A stretch of DNA of 44,017 nt from Flavobacteriales bacterium (GTDB lineage: Bacteria; Bacteroidota; Bacteroidia; Flavobacteriales; JBLHRE01), in NCBI GenBank assembly GCA_047625765.1, contig JBLHRE010000001.1, positions 1-44,017 of the forward strand, in the 5' to 3' direction. Each line of letters begins with the position of its first letter. Position 1 is the first letter of the stretch. Under the pieces are notes generated by a model. It ran no database searches, had not been told where the DNA came from, and was given only the letters and a program-made list of their open reading frames with translations. Below, one piece after another: positions 1 to 9,382 of the stretch. The position numbers and the translations under genes were made by a program.

Positions 1-887
1 CAGATGTAAGAATTTGTCAATTCGAAAAATCTCTTTTCCAATTAGATACTAACTCTTGGGGAAGTGAGTTTTCTGAATTAATTACGGAATTCCCACCCTT
101 TTTTGAGGAAACAAATAATCCGGAAATTTGGAAATTGCGATTACAAGATCAAGATTTGGTGAAACTTTATACCCAAGTTGGATTAAATGATTCATTGTTT
201 CTGTTGGGTTTAAGTGGTATTGAGGATGGGCTAAAGCATTATAGCTATTATTTTCCGGATCAAGAAATTGGAACGATTTATACCTATGTGTCGGGCTTAG
301 ATTTAGATTATCCTATAATTTTTGCGGATACGATGCTGTTTGTTGCTGCAGACTTATACTTGGGTAAGGGCCACGAGGCATACGAAAGTGTTCCAGAATA
401 TATACAAGAGGGATACCAGCCAAAGTATGTGCTAAAAGATGTGTTTAGAGAAATTAGTAGGTTCCATATTCCAAACAACCCAACGGATAAGACTTTCTTA
501 AACCGAATGATTTATGAAGGCAAACGCATGTACTTTTTGGATGCAATGATGCCTAACCATGCTGACAATCTAAAAATTGGTTTTAGCACAGAGCATATAA
601 ATTGGGCCATAGAAAACGAAGCTTATATATGGTCGTATATGATAAACAATAAACTGTTGTTTAGTCAAGACCAATCTGTTGTTGCACGTTTTGTAGAGCC
701 AGCTCCTTTTACGAAGTTTTATGCCGATGTAGATCCGTTAACACCTGGAAGGCTGGGTATTTGGTTAGGATGGCAGATAGTAAGAGCGTACATGAAAAAG
801 CATTCAGAAATGAGTCTAATAGAATTGATAAACACTGTCAATTCTCAAGAAATATTAAATCAATCCAATTACAAACCAAAGAAATAA
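1..887 (+). CDS. gldB: gliding motility lipoprotein GldB, 5'-truncated by the window edge (codon phase starts at nt 3)
   Basis: The frame of ORF 135..887 stays open back to nt 3 (DVRICQFEKSLFQLD...), so the N-terminus lies outside the window. The C-terminal PGRLGIWLGWQIVRAYMKKH region looks GldB-like. It is followed by a GldC-like ORF through a TAATG overlap, the gldB-gldC pairing known from Flavobacterium johnsoniae. Confidence 0.75.
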   Translation, partial: DVRICQFEKSLFQLDTNSWGSEFSELITEFPPFFEETNNPEIWKLRLQDQDLVKLYTQVGLNDSLFLLGLSGIEDGLKHYSYYFPDQEIGTIYTYVSGLDLDYPIIFADTMLFVAADLYLGKGHEAYESVPEYIQEGYQPKYVLKDVFREISRFHIPNNPTDKTFLNRMIYEGKRMYFLDAMMPNHADNLKIGFSTEHINWAIENEAYIWSYMINNKLLFSQDQSVVARFVEPAPFTKFYADVDPLTPGRLGIWLGWQIVRAYMKKHSEMSLIELINTVNSQEILNQSNYKPKK

Positions 888-1222
888 TGGCAGTTCACGA
901 ATCTGAAATTAAGTTTAATGTTAGCCTAGATGAAAACCGCGTACCAGAGAATATCGTTTGGTCTGCAAGCGATGGAGGAGTTTCTGAAGCAGAGGCTAAA
1001 GCTATTATGCTTGCTGTTTGGGACGAAAAATCGAAAAGTACCTTGCGTATCGATCTTTGGAGTAAAGAGATGTCAGTTGATGAGATGAAACAATTTTTCC
1101 ATCAAACGATATTAACCATGTCCGATACCCTAATCAAATCGACCAACGAAGAGGCGATGGCAGGTGATATGAGAGATTTTGCACAATATTTTGCAGAGAA
1201 AATGGGTCTCCTGAATAAATAA
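887..1222 (+). CDS. gldC: gliding motility-associated protein GldC
   Basis: The ATG at 887 overlaps the gldB stop (TAATG). The 111-aa product MAVHESEIKFNVSLDENRVPENIVWSASDGG...LRIDLWSKEMSVDEMKQFFHQT matches the size and sequence style of GldC. The longer ORF from 761 lies inside gldB and is rejected. Confidence 0.8.
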   Translation: MAVHESEIKFNVSLDENRVPENIVWSASDGGVSEAEAKAIMLAVWDEKSKSTLRIDLWSKEMSVDEMKQFFHQTILTMSDTLIKSTNEEAMAGDMRDFAQYFAEKMGLLNK

Positions 1223-1230
1223 GGAGCCCC

Positions 1231-1833
1231 TTAGTGTTTGTACTCTTTATTGTACTTGTCAATAAAGTCTAGAATTTCTGGACAGCCCATTTTTGTTTCA
1301 CTAGAAGTGATAAAAGTGGGTGGTAACTGCACCCATGATTCCAACATTATTTCTTGGTAAGCTTCTACTTGCTTAACTCTAGCTGGTTTGGTTAGTTTGT
1401 CACCTTTGGTGAAAACAATAGAGAAAGGAATGCCTCTCTCTCCTAACCATGCCATAAAAGCTTGATCGACTTTTTGTGGTGTATGACGCACATCAATTAG
1501 AACAAAGACACAAATAAGGTTTGGTCGTTCGTCAAGATATTGTCTAATAAAAGCCTGAAATTCTTTACGTTTCCCCTTACTAACTTGCGCATAACCATAA
1601 CCAGGTAGATCGACCAAGTACCATAAATCATTGATAAGAAAATGATTTATAAGTTGTGTTTTCCCAGGTCTACCAGAGGTTTTTGCTAAATCCTTTCTGT
1701 GGGTAATCGCATTTATCAGAGAGGACTTACCAACGTTAGAACGACCTATAAAAGCGTATTCCGGAATGGTAGGTTTAGGGCAAAGAGTTATGTCGGTATT
1801 ACTGATAACAAATTCGGCAGAGCGTATATCCAT
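1231..1833 (-). CDS. engB: ribosome biogenesis GTP-binding protein EngB/YihA/YsxC
   Basis: P-loop GRSNVGKSSLIN, DLPGYG (G3) and TKGDK (G4). The ATG at 1833 overlaps the upstream hydrolase stop by 1 nt (TAATG on the minus strand) and gives an N-terminus (MDIRSAEFVISN...) aligned with YsxC. The alternative TTG at 1854 is less likely. Confidence 0.9.
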   Translation of the reverse strand: MDIRSAEFVISNTDITLCPKPTIPEYAFIGRSNVGKSSLINAITHRKDLAKTSGRPGKTQLINHFLINDLWYLVDLPGYGYAQVSKGKRKEFQAFIRQYLDERPNLICVFVLIDVRHTPQKVDQAFMAWLGERGIPFSIVFTKGDKLTKPARVKQVEAYQEIMLESWVQLPPTFITSSETKMGCPEILDFIDKYNKEYKH

Positions 1834-2594
1834 TATGAGTGGCGTTTTAACCAATCGCCAACGATCTTATTAAATTCTTTAGGTTGTTCCATCATTGCAG
1901 CATGGCCACATTCGTCTATCCAATTCAATTCCGAATTAGGTAAAAGCTTATGGAATTCATTTGCAACGTCAGGAGGTGTAACACCATCGTTCTTACCCCA
2001 AATCAAACAAGTAGGAACATTCATGCTTGGTAAATCTTTAGACATGTTATGGCGAATTGCAGATTTAGCAATGGCTAAAATCCTTACAACCTTTTCTCTA
2101 GAGTTCACCATATCGTAAACTTCATCAACTAATTCATCTGTAGCAACTGCTGGGTCGTAGAATACAGCTTGTGTTTTTTCTCTGATATAGTTTTTATCCT
2201 CTCTTCTTGGGAAAGTGTCACCCATTGCACTTTCGTACAGTCCAGAACTTCCAGTTAATGTCATTGTAATAACATTTTCCGGAAACTTATTGGTGTAGAT
2301 TAATGCCACATGACCGCCTAAAGAATTTCCTAAGAGGTGGAATTTATCCAAGCCTTTATGGATAACAAATTCTGTTAAGAATTTTGCCATGCCCTTGGCG
2401 CTGGTTTTTAATAGCGGTAATTCGAAAATTGGAAGCAATGGAATAAATACACGATATCCGTTGCTGCTTAAATGTGCTATAAGGCTCTCGAAATTACTCA
2501 AAGCACCCATCAATCCGTGTAATAAGATTATTGGTGTCCCTTCGCCTCTTTCTAGGTATTCAAACTTGCCTTCTTTTTGTATTTCTGGAATCAT
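1833..2594 (-). CDS. alpha/beta-fold hydrolase
   Basis: Nucleophile elbow GNSLGG, the HGLMG oxyanion region and a C-terminal CGH motif. The start is taken at the ATG at 2594 (MIPEIQKEG...). The ORF also allows a TTG at 2627. Confidence 0.8.
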   Translation of the reverse strand: MIPEIQKEGKFEYLERGEGTPIILLHGLMGALSNFESLIAHLSSNGYRVFIPLLPIFELPLLKTSAKGMAKFLTEFVIHKGLDKFHLLGNSLGGHVALIYTNKFPENVITMTLTGSSGLYESAMGDTFPRREDKNYIREKTQAVFYDPAVATDELVDEVYDMVNSREKVVRILAIAKSAIRHNMSKDLPSMNVPTCLIWGKNDGVTPPDVANEFHKLLPNSELNWIDECGHAAMMEQPKEFNKIVGDWLKRHS

Positions 2595-2769
2595 AATTTG
2601 TCCTAATTCTAACCAAAAGTAACCCAAATTTTGGATAATCTGATATCAAAGTAGGGTAAGCCAATCTCTAAGGAATTTGATTTTTGTCAACCTGTTGATT
2701 TACAATGGATTAAAATCAATAGTGAGTGTTGAATTTTAGTTGAAATCAACGAGACTAGCACGTCACATA

Positions 2770-2799
2770 AATTCAAATTCAAAAAGTTGAATTTGAATT
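2770..2799. promoter_or_regulatory. perfect 13-bp inverted repeat (AATTCAAATTCAA-AAAG-TTGAATTTGAATT) in the divergent hydrolase/mraZ intergenic region
   Basis: Read directly from the sequence: arms 2770-2782 and 2787-2799 are exact reverse complements. No upstream co-directional gene needs a terminator here, so a candidate operator is more likely. Confidence 0.4.
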
Positions 2800-2846
2800 G
2801 GATGTTTTATGCCTGGTTTATCTCTAATGTGTCAAAAGTTATCAAC

Positions 2847-2876
2847 AAAGTGGTGGAAAGTGGTAAAAAGTGGGAT
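2847..2876 (+). promoter_or_regulatory. MraZ operator: three direct AAAGTGG boxes at exact 10-bp spacing
   Basis: AAAGTGGtgg / AAAGTGGtaa / AAAGTGGgat at 2847, 2857 and 2867, ending 38 nt upstream of the mraZ ATG. This matches reported MraZ sites (GTGGG repeats with 10-bp periodicity in E. coli; AAAGTG[G/T] with 3-nt spacers in Mollicutes). A near-consensus -7 box GATATTTG follows at 2874-2881. Confidence 0.7.
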
Positions 2877-2913
2877 ATTTGTAAATAATTCAAAAACGAG
2901 GGAAATAGACCAA

Positions 2914-3384
2914 ATGCTCAATTTTATAGGGACATATGAATGCAAGCTAGATGCGAAGGGGCGATTACTTATGCCTGCTGCATTGAAGAAACAGCTGCAA
3001 TCCATTTTAGGAGATGGGTTCGTGTTGAAGCGAAGCGTGTTCCATAAATGTTTGGAATTGTATCCCATGTCAGAGTGGGATCAGGTTATGGCTAAGGTCA
3101 ATAAACTGAATCGCTTTGTGAAAAAGAACAATGATTTTATCCGACTATTTACGGCAGGAGTTAAGGTGATTGATATAGATGCCAATGGTCGTGTGTTGGT
3201 TCCCAAAGATTTGATTTCGTACTCCAACTTGAAAAAAGAACTGGTTCTTTCTTCGTCTGGAAATATGATAGAATTGTGGGATAAGGATGCTTATGAAGCT
3301 GTATTGAATGATCCAGATTTGGATTTTGCTGCCTTGGCAGAGGAAGTAATGGGTAATGATTCTAATGATTTAGGAAATGAGTGA
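2914..3384 (+). CDS. mraZ: transcriptional regulator MraZ
   Basis: MLNFIGTYECKLDAKGRLLMP... is the canonical MraZ N-terminus, with two SpoVT/AbrB-like halves (DAKGRLLMP and DANGRVLVP). The 35 codons upstream in the ORF cover the operator and are rejected. Confidence 0.9.
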   Translation: MLNFIGTYECKLDAKGRLLMPAALKKQLQSILGDGFVLKRSVFHKCLELYPMSEWDQVMAKVNKLNRFVKKNNDFIRLFTAGVKVIDIDANGRVLVPKDLISYSNLKKELVLSSSGNMIELWDKDAYEAVLNDPDLDFAALAEEVMGNDSNDLGNE

Positions 3385-4279
3385 TTACCATACTTCGGTG
3401 TTGCTACATGAAAGTGTAGATGGACTGGCTATTAAGCCAGATGGGGTTTATGTAGATGTAACCTTTGGAGGAGGTGGTCATTCGCGTTTGATTTTAGAGA
3501 AATTAGGTCCAAATGGAAAGCTGTTTGCATTTGACCAAGATGCTGATGCGCAAAAAAATATTTGGGACGATGCACGCTTAACCTTAATTCCTCAAAATTT
3601 TAGATACCTAAAAAACTCTTTGCGCATGTATGGTGCAAAAGAAGTCGATGGGATATTGGCTGATTTGGGCGTAAGCTCTCATCAGTTTGATGTAGCAGAA
3701 AGAGGCTTTTCTACGCGTTTCGATGCGGATTTAGATATGCGAATGAATCAATCTGCCAGTAAATCGGCAAAGGATATTGTGAACGAATACGCAGAGATTG
3801 ATTTAAAGAAAATGCTTTGGGCTTACGCAGAATTGAAAAACTCTGGTCGTGTTGCTGGGGCAATATGTGCAGCAAGAGCTTATAGGCCAATTACTACCAT
3901 TGCCGAATTGAAAGAAGCAACAATTGATTGTGCTCCAAAATTTAAAGAAAACCGTTTTTATGCACAATTGTTTCAAGCAATTAGGATTGAAGTAAACGAA
4001 GAAATGCAAGTGCTTAAGGAGATGCTAGAGCAGACTTCGGATGTGTTAAAACCAGGTGGGAGACTTTCGGTAATTGCATATCATTCTTTAGAAGATAGGC
4101 TGGTAAAGCATTTTATGCGTTATGGGAATTTTGAAGGTGAGCCTCAGAAAGATTTCTATGGAAACCTAATCGCTCCATTTAAGCCGGTAAATAGGAAGCC
4201 ACTTATTCCAAACGAAGCAGAGATAGAAAGCAATAATAGAGCGAGAAGTGCGAAGCTAAGAGTCTCAGATAGGGTATGA
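3377..4279 (+). CDS. rsmH: 16S rRNA (cytosine1402-N4)-methyltransferase RsmH
   Basis: HTSVLLHES, the SAM-binding VDVTFGGGGHS motif, DLGVSSHQ and YHSLEDR, plus its position after mraZ. Confidence 0.95.
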   Translation: MSDYHTSVLLHESVDGLAIKPDGVYVDVTFGGGGHSRLILEKLGPNGKLFAFDQDADAQKNIWDDARLTLIPQNFRYLKNSLRMYGAKEVDGILADLGVSSHQFDVAERGFSTRFDADLDMRMNQSASKSAKDIVNEYAEIDLKKMLWAYAELKNSGRVAGAICAARAYRPITTIAELKEATIDCAPKFKENRFYAQLFQAIRIEVNEEMQVLKEMLEQTSDVLKPGGRLSVIAYHSLEDRLVKHFMRYGNFEGEPQKDFYGNLIAPFKPVNRKPLIPNEAEIESNNRARSAKLRVSDRV

Positions 4280-4623
4280 CAGATCACGAGCCACATATCG
4301 ATTCTGAAAAAAAGAAAAGCTTCTCAATAGTTCGTATGCTCTTGGGGAGTTTTTTGGTTGATACGAAGTCGTTTAAACAACTTCCTTTTGTGTTGTTCTT
4401 AGCGATTTTGGCCATTATCAGTATTGCATGTTCGCACTGTGCCGATAGAAAAGTAATAGAGATAGCACAAAAGAATACAGAATTAAGAAAAGTACGCTCG
4501 GCCTACATTACCACAAAGCGCGAGTTAATGAGAAAGAGCAAGCAAAGTGTGGTAGAAGAGCAGGCAGGCGAAATGGGAATTTACTTTTCGCAAGAGCCAC
4601 CAACAATATTAGAAATAGATTAA
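4276..4623 (+). CDS. ftsL: FtsL-like cell division membrane protein
   Basis: Small (115 aa) single-TM protein (LPFVLFLAILAIISIA) followed by a coiled-coil-like segment. ATGA overlap with rsmH. It sits in the conserved slot between rsmH and ftsI. Confidence 0.7.
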   Translation: MTDHEPHIDSEKKKSFSIVRMLLGSFLVDTKSFKQLPFVLFLAILAIISIACSHCADRKVIEIAQKNTELRKVRSAYITTKRELMRKSKQSVVEEQAGEMGIYFSQEPPTILEID

Positions 4624-4624
4624 A

Positions 4625-6685
4625 ATGGATAACAACAAGAATTTACTAAAACGCTTTTATCTGGTTACTGCCTTGTTGGCAGTGCTGGCTATTGGGGTGC
4701 TAGTAAAACTTGTAACCATCCAGTTTGTAGAAGGAGCAGAATTGCGCGCCAAAGCAAGAGCAACTACCATTAAACCAAGAATAGTTGAAGCAGCAAGAGG
4801 AAATATTTATGCGTCAGACGGAAGCCTATTAGCTACCAGCATGCCTATTTATGAGGTGCGAATGGATGTAAAGACCGTAGATGGAGATTTGTTTCAATCT
4901 GGAGTAGCTAGTTTAGCCGAGGGTTTGTCGAGAATATTTAAAGACAAATCAGCCGATGAATATTTGAGACTTTTAAGGAAATCTAGAAATAACAGGTACT
5001 TGTTAATTCAACGAAGTGCTAATTTTTTAGAGTTGCAGCAGTTGTTCGAATTACCCATTTATAATAAGGGAAGGTACAAAGGAGGCTTAATTTATGAGCA
5101 ACGTAACTCTAGAGAAATGCCATTGGGCAAATTGGCTGAACGTACAATTGGTTACGATAGAAACGGAATTCGTGTTGGTTTGGAAGGGGCTTTTAGTTCC
5201 GAATTAGGTGGTAGAGAAGGCAAGCGCTTAAAGCAGAAAATCAAAAGAGGCGTTTGGAAACCTTTAGACGATAATAACGCTGTAGATCCCATTGACGGTT
5301 GTGACTTGGTAAGTACCATCGACCCAAGGATTCAAGACATAGCGCATCATGCATTGTTAAGACAATTGGAGAGAACCACTGCAGACCATGGATGTATTGT
5401 GGTTATGGAAGTTGCTACAGGAATGGTAAGAGCCATTGCAAATCTTGGAGTAACCGAAGTTGGAACCTATTACGAGAAATACAATTATGCTATAGGCGAG
5501 AGCACTGAACCTGGCTCTACTTTTAAGTTGATGTCTATGATTGCCTTATTGGAAGACGGCAAGGTGGATACTTCGATGAAAGTAAATACAGGCAATGGGG
5601 TTTTTGATTTTTATGGATCTAAAATGCGCGATTCGCATAGAGGGGGGTATGGAACAATTTCTTTGGCGAGTGTTTTCGAAAAGTCATCAAATATTGGAAT
5701 TGCCAAGGTGATTCATGAAGCTTATGGAAAAAAGCCACAACGCTATGTAGATCGATTGTATCGTATGGGCCTACACCAAGGATTGAATTTGGACATTCCA
5801 GGAGAAGTGCGGCCAACGATTAGCAATCCAGAAAGTAGTAGATGGTCTCTTACCACTTTACCTTGGATGTCTACGGGTTACGAAATAAGTATGACTCCTT
5901 TACAAACCTTAGCATTTTACAATGCGGTTGCAAACAATGGAAAACTGATAAAACCTCTTTTTGTAAAAGAAGTGCTGCAAAGAGGAAGAGCGATTGAGAC
6001 GTATAAAACAGAAGTTTTAAACCCAGCAATCTGCTCAAAGTCGACACTTAAAATTGTACAAGCATTGTTAGAGGGAGTAGTTGAAAGAGGGACGGCAAGT
6101 AACATACGTTCGGAAAGATTTAAAGCAGCCGGAAAAACAGGGACCTGTGTTTTAAATTATTGGAAAAAAGGAGTAGAAAAAGAATACCAAGCGTCTTTTG
6201 CGGGTTACTTTCCAGCAGACAACCCTAAGTATTCGTGCATTGTAGTAGTTAATAAACCAGATAAATCCATTGGTTATTACGGGTCTAATGTTGCTGCACC
6301 GGCATTTCTAGAAGTAGCAAATAAAATCTATGCTGCAACACCTAAAAATACTGATTACACAAGCTCAGAAAATAATTTAGCATTCAATGTTAAAGGTCCT
6401 TCTGAAGATATTAATACCGCATTATCGATTTGGGGAGTAGACAAGCTTACCGAAGGCGATTGGATGGATGTAGATATGGCAGGATCTAAAGTTTCTGCCA
6501 AAACTATTGAAGTAAAAAATACGGTGCCAGATGTTAGAGGATTGCCCCTAATGGATGCCTTGTTTTTGTTGGAGAATAATGGATTGAAAGTGGAATTTGA
6601 AGGTGAAGGACTTGTAAGACGACAGTCTATTAAACCTGGTACAGCATTAAATTATTACAAATCTATTAGCCTAGTGCTTTCTTAA
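4625..6685 (+). CDS. ftsI: peptidoglycan D,D-transpeptidase FtsI (class B PBP) with a C-terminal PASTA domain
   Basis: N-terminal TM anchor and the transpeptidase motifs STFK, SSN and KTGT. The C-terminal VPDVRGLPLMDALFLLENNGLKVEFEGEGLVRRQSIKPGT is PASTA-like. Position in the dcw cluster. Confidence 0.92.
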   Translation: MDNNKNLLKRFYLVTALLAVLAIGVLVKLVTIQFVEGAELRAKARATTIKPRIVEAARGNIYASDGSLLATSMPIYEVRMDVKTVDGDLFQSGVASLAEGLSRIFKDKSADEYLRLLRKSRNNRYLLIQRSANFLELQQLFELPIYNKGRYKGGLIYEQRNSREMPLGKLAERTIGYDRNGIRVGLEGAFSSELGGREGKRLKQKIKRGVWKPLDDNNAVDPIDGCDLVSTIDPRIQDIAHHALLRQLERTTADHGCIVVMEVATGMVRAIANLGVTEVGTYYEKYNYAIGESTEPGSTFKLMSMIALLEDGKVDTSMKVNTGNGVFDFYGSKMRDSHRGGYGTISLASVFEKSSNIGIAKVIHEAYGKKPQRYVDRLYRMGLHQGLNLDIPGEVRPTISNPESSRWSLTTLPWMSTGYEISMTPLQTLAFYNAVANNGKLIKPLFVKEVLQRGRAIETYKTEVLNPAICSKSTLKIVQALLEGVVERGTASNIRSERFKAAGKTGTCVLNYWKKGVEKEYQASFAGYFPADNPKYSCIVVVNKPDKSIGYYGSNVAAPAFLEVANKIYAATPKNTDYTSSENNLAFNVKGPSEDINTALSIWGVDKLTEGDWMDVDMAGSKVSAKTIEVKNTVPDVRGLPLMDALFLLENNGLKVEFEGEGLVRRQSIKPGTALNYYKSISLVLS

Positions 6686-6686
6686 T

Positions 6687-8150
6687 ATGAAATTGCTAAA
6701 AGACCTTTTATACAAAGCAGGATTACAGGAGCTCATTGGAAGCACCAATGTTGCTATATCTCAAATTGTGCTTGACTCGCGCAAAGCAGTAAAAGACTCG
6801 CTTTTTGTAGCCGTTAGAGGCTCTTTGGTCGATGGGCACGATTATATAGAAATGGCAATTAACAAAGGAGCCTTAGCTATTGTTTGTGAAGAAATCCCTA
6901 CCAAAACTCAAGAAGGAATCATCTATGTCAAAGTAGAAAATTCACTTAAAGCCTTGAGTTTTATAGCTGCTAATTTTTACGATAATCCTTCGGCAAAATT
7001 AAAGCTAGTTGGTATTACTGGAACGAATGGTAAGACGACCGTTGCAACCTTGCTTTTTAATTTATTTAGAAACATGGGAATGCGTGTAGGCTTATTGTCT
7101 ACAGTCAATTGCAGAATCAATTCAGAAATTATTCCAGCAACGCATACCACTCCAGACCCAATCAGTTTAAATGCTTTGTTGGCAGAAATGGTTATCGAAG
7201 GATGTAAGTATTGCTTTATGGAAGTAAGCTCACATGGAATTGCTCAGCATAGAACATTGACTTTGGATTTTGATGGAGGCGTATTTACCAATATCAGTCA
7301 CGACCATTTAGACTATCACAAAACTTTTGATGCCTATATCAATACCAAGAAGGCTTTTTTCGATGGTTTAAAGCCAGAAGCTTTTGCCTTGGTAAATAGC
7401 GATGATAAACATGGCGAAACCATGTGTTACCATACCAAAGCTAAAAAGATGAGCTATGCTCTAAAGCGCATGGCAGATTTTAAGTGTCGCATTTTAGAAA
7501 ACCAGTTTACTGGTCTTCAAATTAATGTAGATGGACAAGATGTTTGGACCCGATTGGTAGGCAGTTTTAATGCTTACAATTTAACAGCAGTTTACGGAAC
7601 GGCAGTAATGCTAGGACTAGATAAAATGCAAGCCTTAACAGCGCTTTCTGCCTTGAATTCGGTAGAAGGCAGATTTCAATACATAAAATCCGAAAGCAAT
7701 ATAACGGCTGTTGTTGATTACGCACATACTCCAGACGCTTTAAAGAATGTATTGCAAACCATAGCCGATATCAGAACAGGTAACGAGCAAGTAATTGCAG
7801 TTGTTGGTTGTGGTGGCGATAGAGACAAAACAAAAAGGCCTTTAATGGCTGGTATTGCTGCTCAGTTTAGTAATAAAGTTGTTTTAACGTCAGACAATCC
7901 AAGATCAGAAGATCCTGCACAGATCATCGAGGATATGAAATTAGGCTTAGCCGTTTTGGACAAGCCAAAGGTGCTTAGTATAACCGACAGAGCCGAAGCA
8001 ATAAGAACGGCATGTGCAATTGCACAGCCAGGAGATATTGTGCTTGTGGCCGGAAAAGGGCACGAGAAATATCAAGATATAAAGGGAGTGAAACACCCAT
8101 TTGACGACTTCCAAATTTTAAGAGAAACTTTTAATATCAGTTTGAAATAA
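6687..8150 (+). CDS. murE: UDP-N-acetylmuramoyl-L-alanyl-D-glutamate--2,6-diaminopimelate ligase
   Basis: Mur ligase P-loop [10 protein letters not shown] and the MurE-type DNPR motif ([11 protein letters not shown]). dcw context. Confidence 0.95.
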   Translation: MKLLKDLLYKAGLQELIGSTNVAISQIVLDSRKAVKDSLFVAVRGSLVDGHDYIEMAINKGALAIVCEEIPTKTQEGIIYVKVENSLKALSFIAANFYDNPSAKLKLVGITGTNGKTTVATLLFNLFRNMGMRVGLLSTVNCRINSEIIPATHTTPDPISLNALLAEMVIEGCKYCFMEVSSHGIAQHRTLTLDFDGGVFTNISHDHLDYHKTFDAYINTKKAFFDGLKPEAFALVNSDDKHGETMCYHTKAKKMSYALKRMADFKCRILENQFTGLQINVDGQDVWTRLVGSFNAYNLTAVYGTAVMLGLDKMQALTALSALNSVEGRFQYIKSESNITAVVDYAHTPDALKNVLQTIADIRTGNEQVIAVVGCGGDRDKTKRPLMAGIAAQFSNKVVLTSDNPRSEDPAQIIEDMKLGLAVLDKPKVLSITDRAEAIRTACAIAQPGDIVLVAGKGHEKYQDIKGVKHPFDDFQILRETFNISLK

Positions 8151-9379
8151 TGTTATACTATTTATTCGATTTTTTAGAAGAAAATTACCAGTTCCCAGGA
8201 GCAGGGGTATTCCAATATATCTCGTTTAGAGCAGCTTTAGCGGTAGTTGTATCCTTGTTGATTTCTTTAGTTTTTGGTAAACGTATCATTCGTCTTTTAC
8301 AAAAAAAGCAGGTAGGAGAATCGATTAGAGATTTAGGTTTAGACGGACAAATTGAAAAAGCGGGAACCCCTACTATGGGAGGTTTGATTATTCTTTCAGC
8401 AATTCTTATTCCGACATTGTTATTGGCTAACCTTAATAACATCTACATTATTCTAATGTTAATTACCACAGTTTGGATGGGAGCTATTGGTTTTACAGAT
8501 GATTATATCAAGGTTTTTAAGAAAAACAAAAAAGGATTAGCCGGTAAATTTAAAGTGTTAGGCCAAATCGGCTTGGGTTTAATTGTAGGAGGTGTTTTGT
8601 ATTTCCATCCAGATGTTGTGATCAAAGAAAAAGTGACCAACAACACAGAAATTCAGTCTTTAACGCAAGACCGTCACTCTTTTACTGGAAATCCAATTAA
8701 ATCTACCAAAACAACCATTCCATTTGTTAAGAACAACGAACTGGACTATCAAGAAGGTCTGTCTTGGTTGGGCGATGATTATAAAAAATGGGCGTGGTTG
8801 TTATTTATTCCTATTGTTATTTTTATAGTTACCGCAGTTTCTAATGGCGCGAATCTAACAGACGGAATAGATGGGCTTGCCACAGGAACTTCGGCCATAG
8901 TAGGAGCCACGCTCGGGGCGTTTGCCTATGTATCCGGTAACACCATTTTTGCCGATTATCTCAATATCATGTATATCCCCTATTCTGGCGAACTGGTAAT
9001 ATTTATAGCGGCCTTTGTAGGGGCTTGTGTAGGCTTTTTATGGTACAACTCTTACCCAGCACAGGTGTTTATGGGGGATACAGGGTCTTTAGCAATAGGG
9101 GGGATAATAGCGGTATTCGCCATTGCCATTCGTAAAGAATTATTGATTCCAATATTGTGTGGAATATTCTTGATAGAGAACCTTTCGGTGGTAATGCAAG
9201 TGTCTTATTTTAAATACACCAAAAAGAGATTTGGCGAAGGCAAACGTATTTTCTTGATGTCTCCATTGCATCACCATTTTCAGAAAAAAGGACTTCATGA
9301 ATCGAAAATTGTCACCCGATTTTGGATAGTAGGAATCATGCTAGCGATATTAACATTTGTAACTTTAAAACTGCGTTAA
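8150..9379 (+). CDS. mraY: phospho-N-acetylmuramoyl-pentapeptide transferase
   Basis: Polytopic membrane protein with the DDYIKV and [13 protein letters not shown] motifs. TAATG overlap with murE. Confidence 0.95.
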   Translation: MLYYLFDFLEENYQFPGAGVFQYISFRAALAVVVSLLISLVFGKRIIRLLQKKQVGESIRDLGLDGQIEKAGTPTMGGLIILSAILIPTLLLANLNNIYIILMLITTVWMGAIGFTDDYIKVFKKNKKGLAGKFKVLGQIGLGLIVGGVLYFHPDVVIKEKVTNNTEIQSLTQDRHSFTGNPIKSTKTTIPFVKNNELDYQEGLSWLGDDYKKWAWLLFIPIVIFIVTAVSNGANLTDGIDGLATGTSAIVGATLGAFAYVSGNTIFADYLNIMYIPYSGELVIFIAAFVGACVGFLWYNSYPAQVFMGDTGSLAIGGIIAVFAIAIRKELLIPILCGIFLIENLSVVMQVSYFKYTKKRFGEGKRIFLMSPLHHHFQKKGLHESKIVTRFWIVGIMLAILTFVTLKLR

Positions 9380-9382
9380 TCT

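Noticed and set aside
2809-2913. 35-codon N-terminal extension of the mraZ ORF
   Set aside because: The canonical MraZ N-terminus starts at the ATG at 2914. The extension is translated across the MraZ boxes and the promoter-like box.
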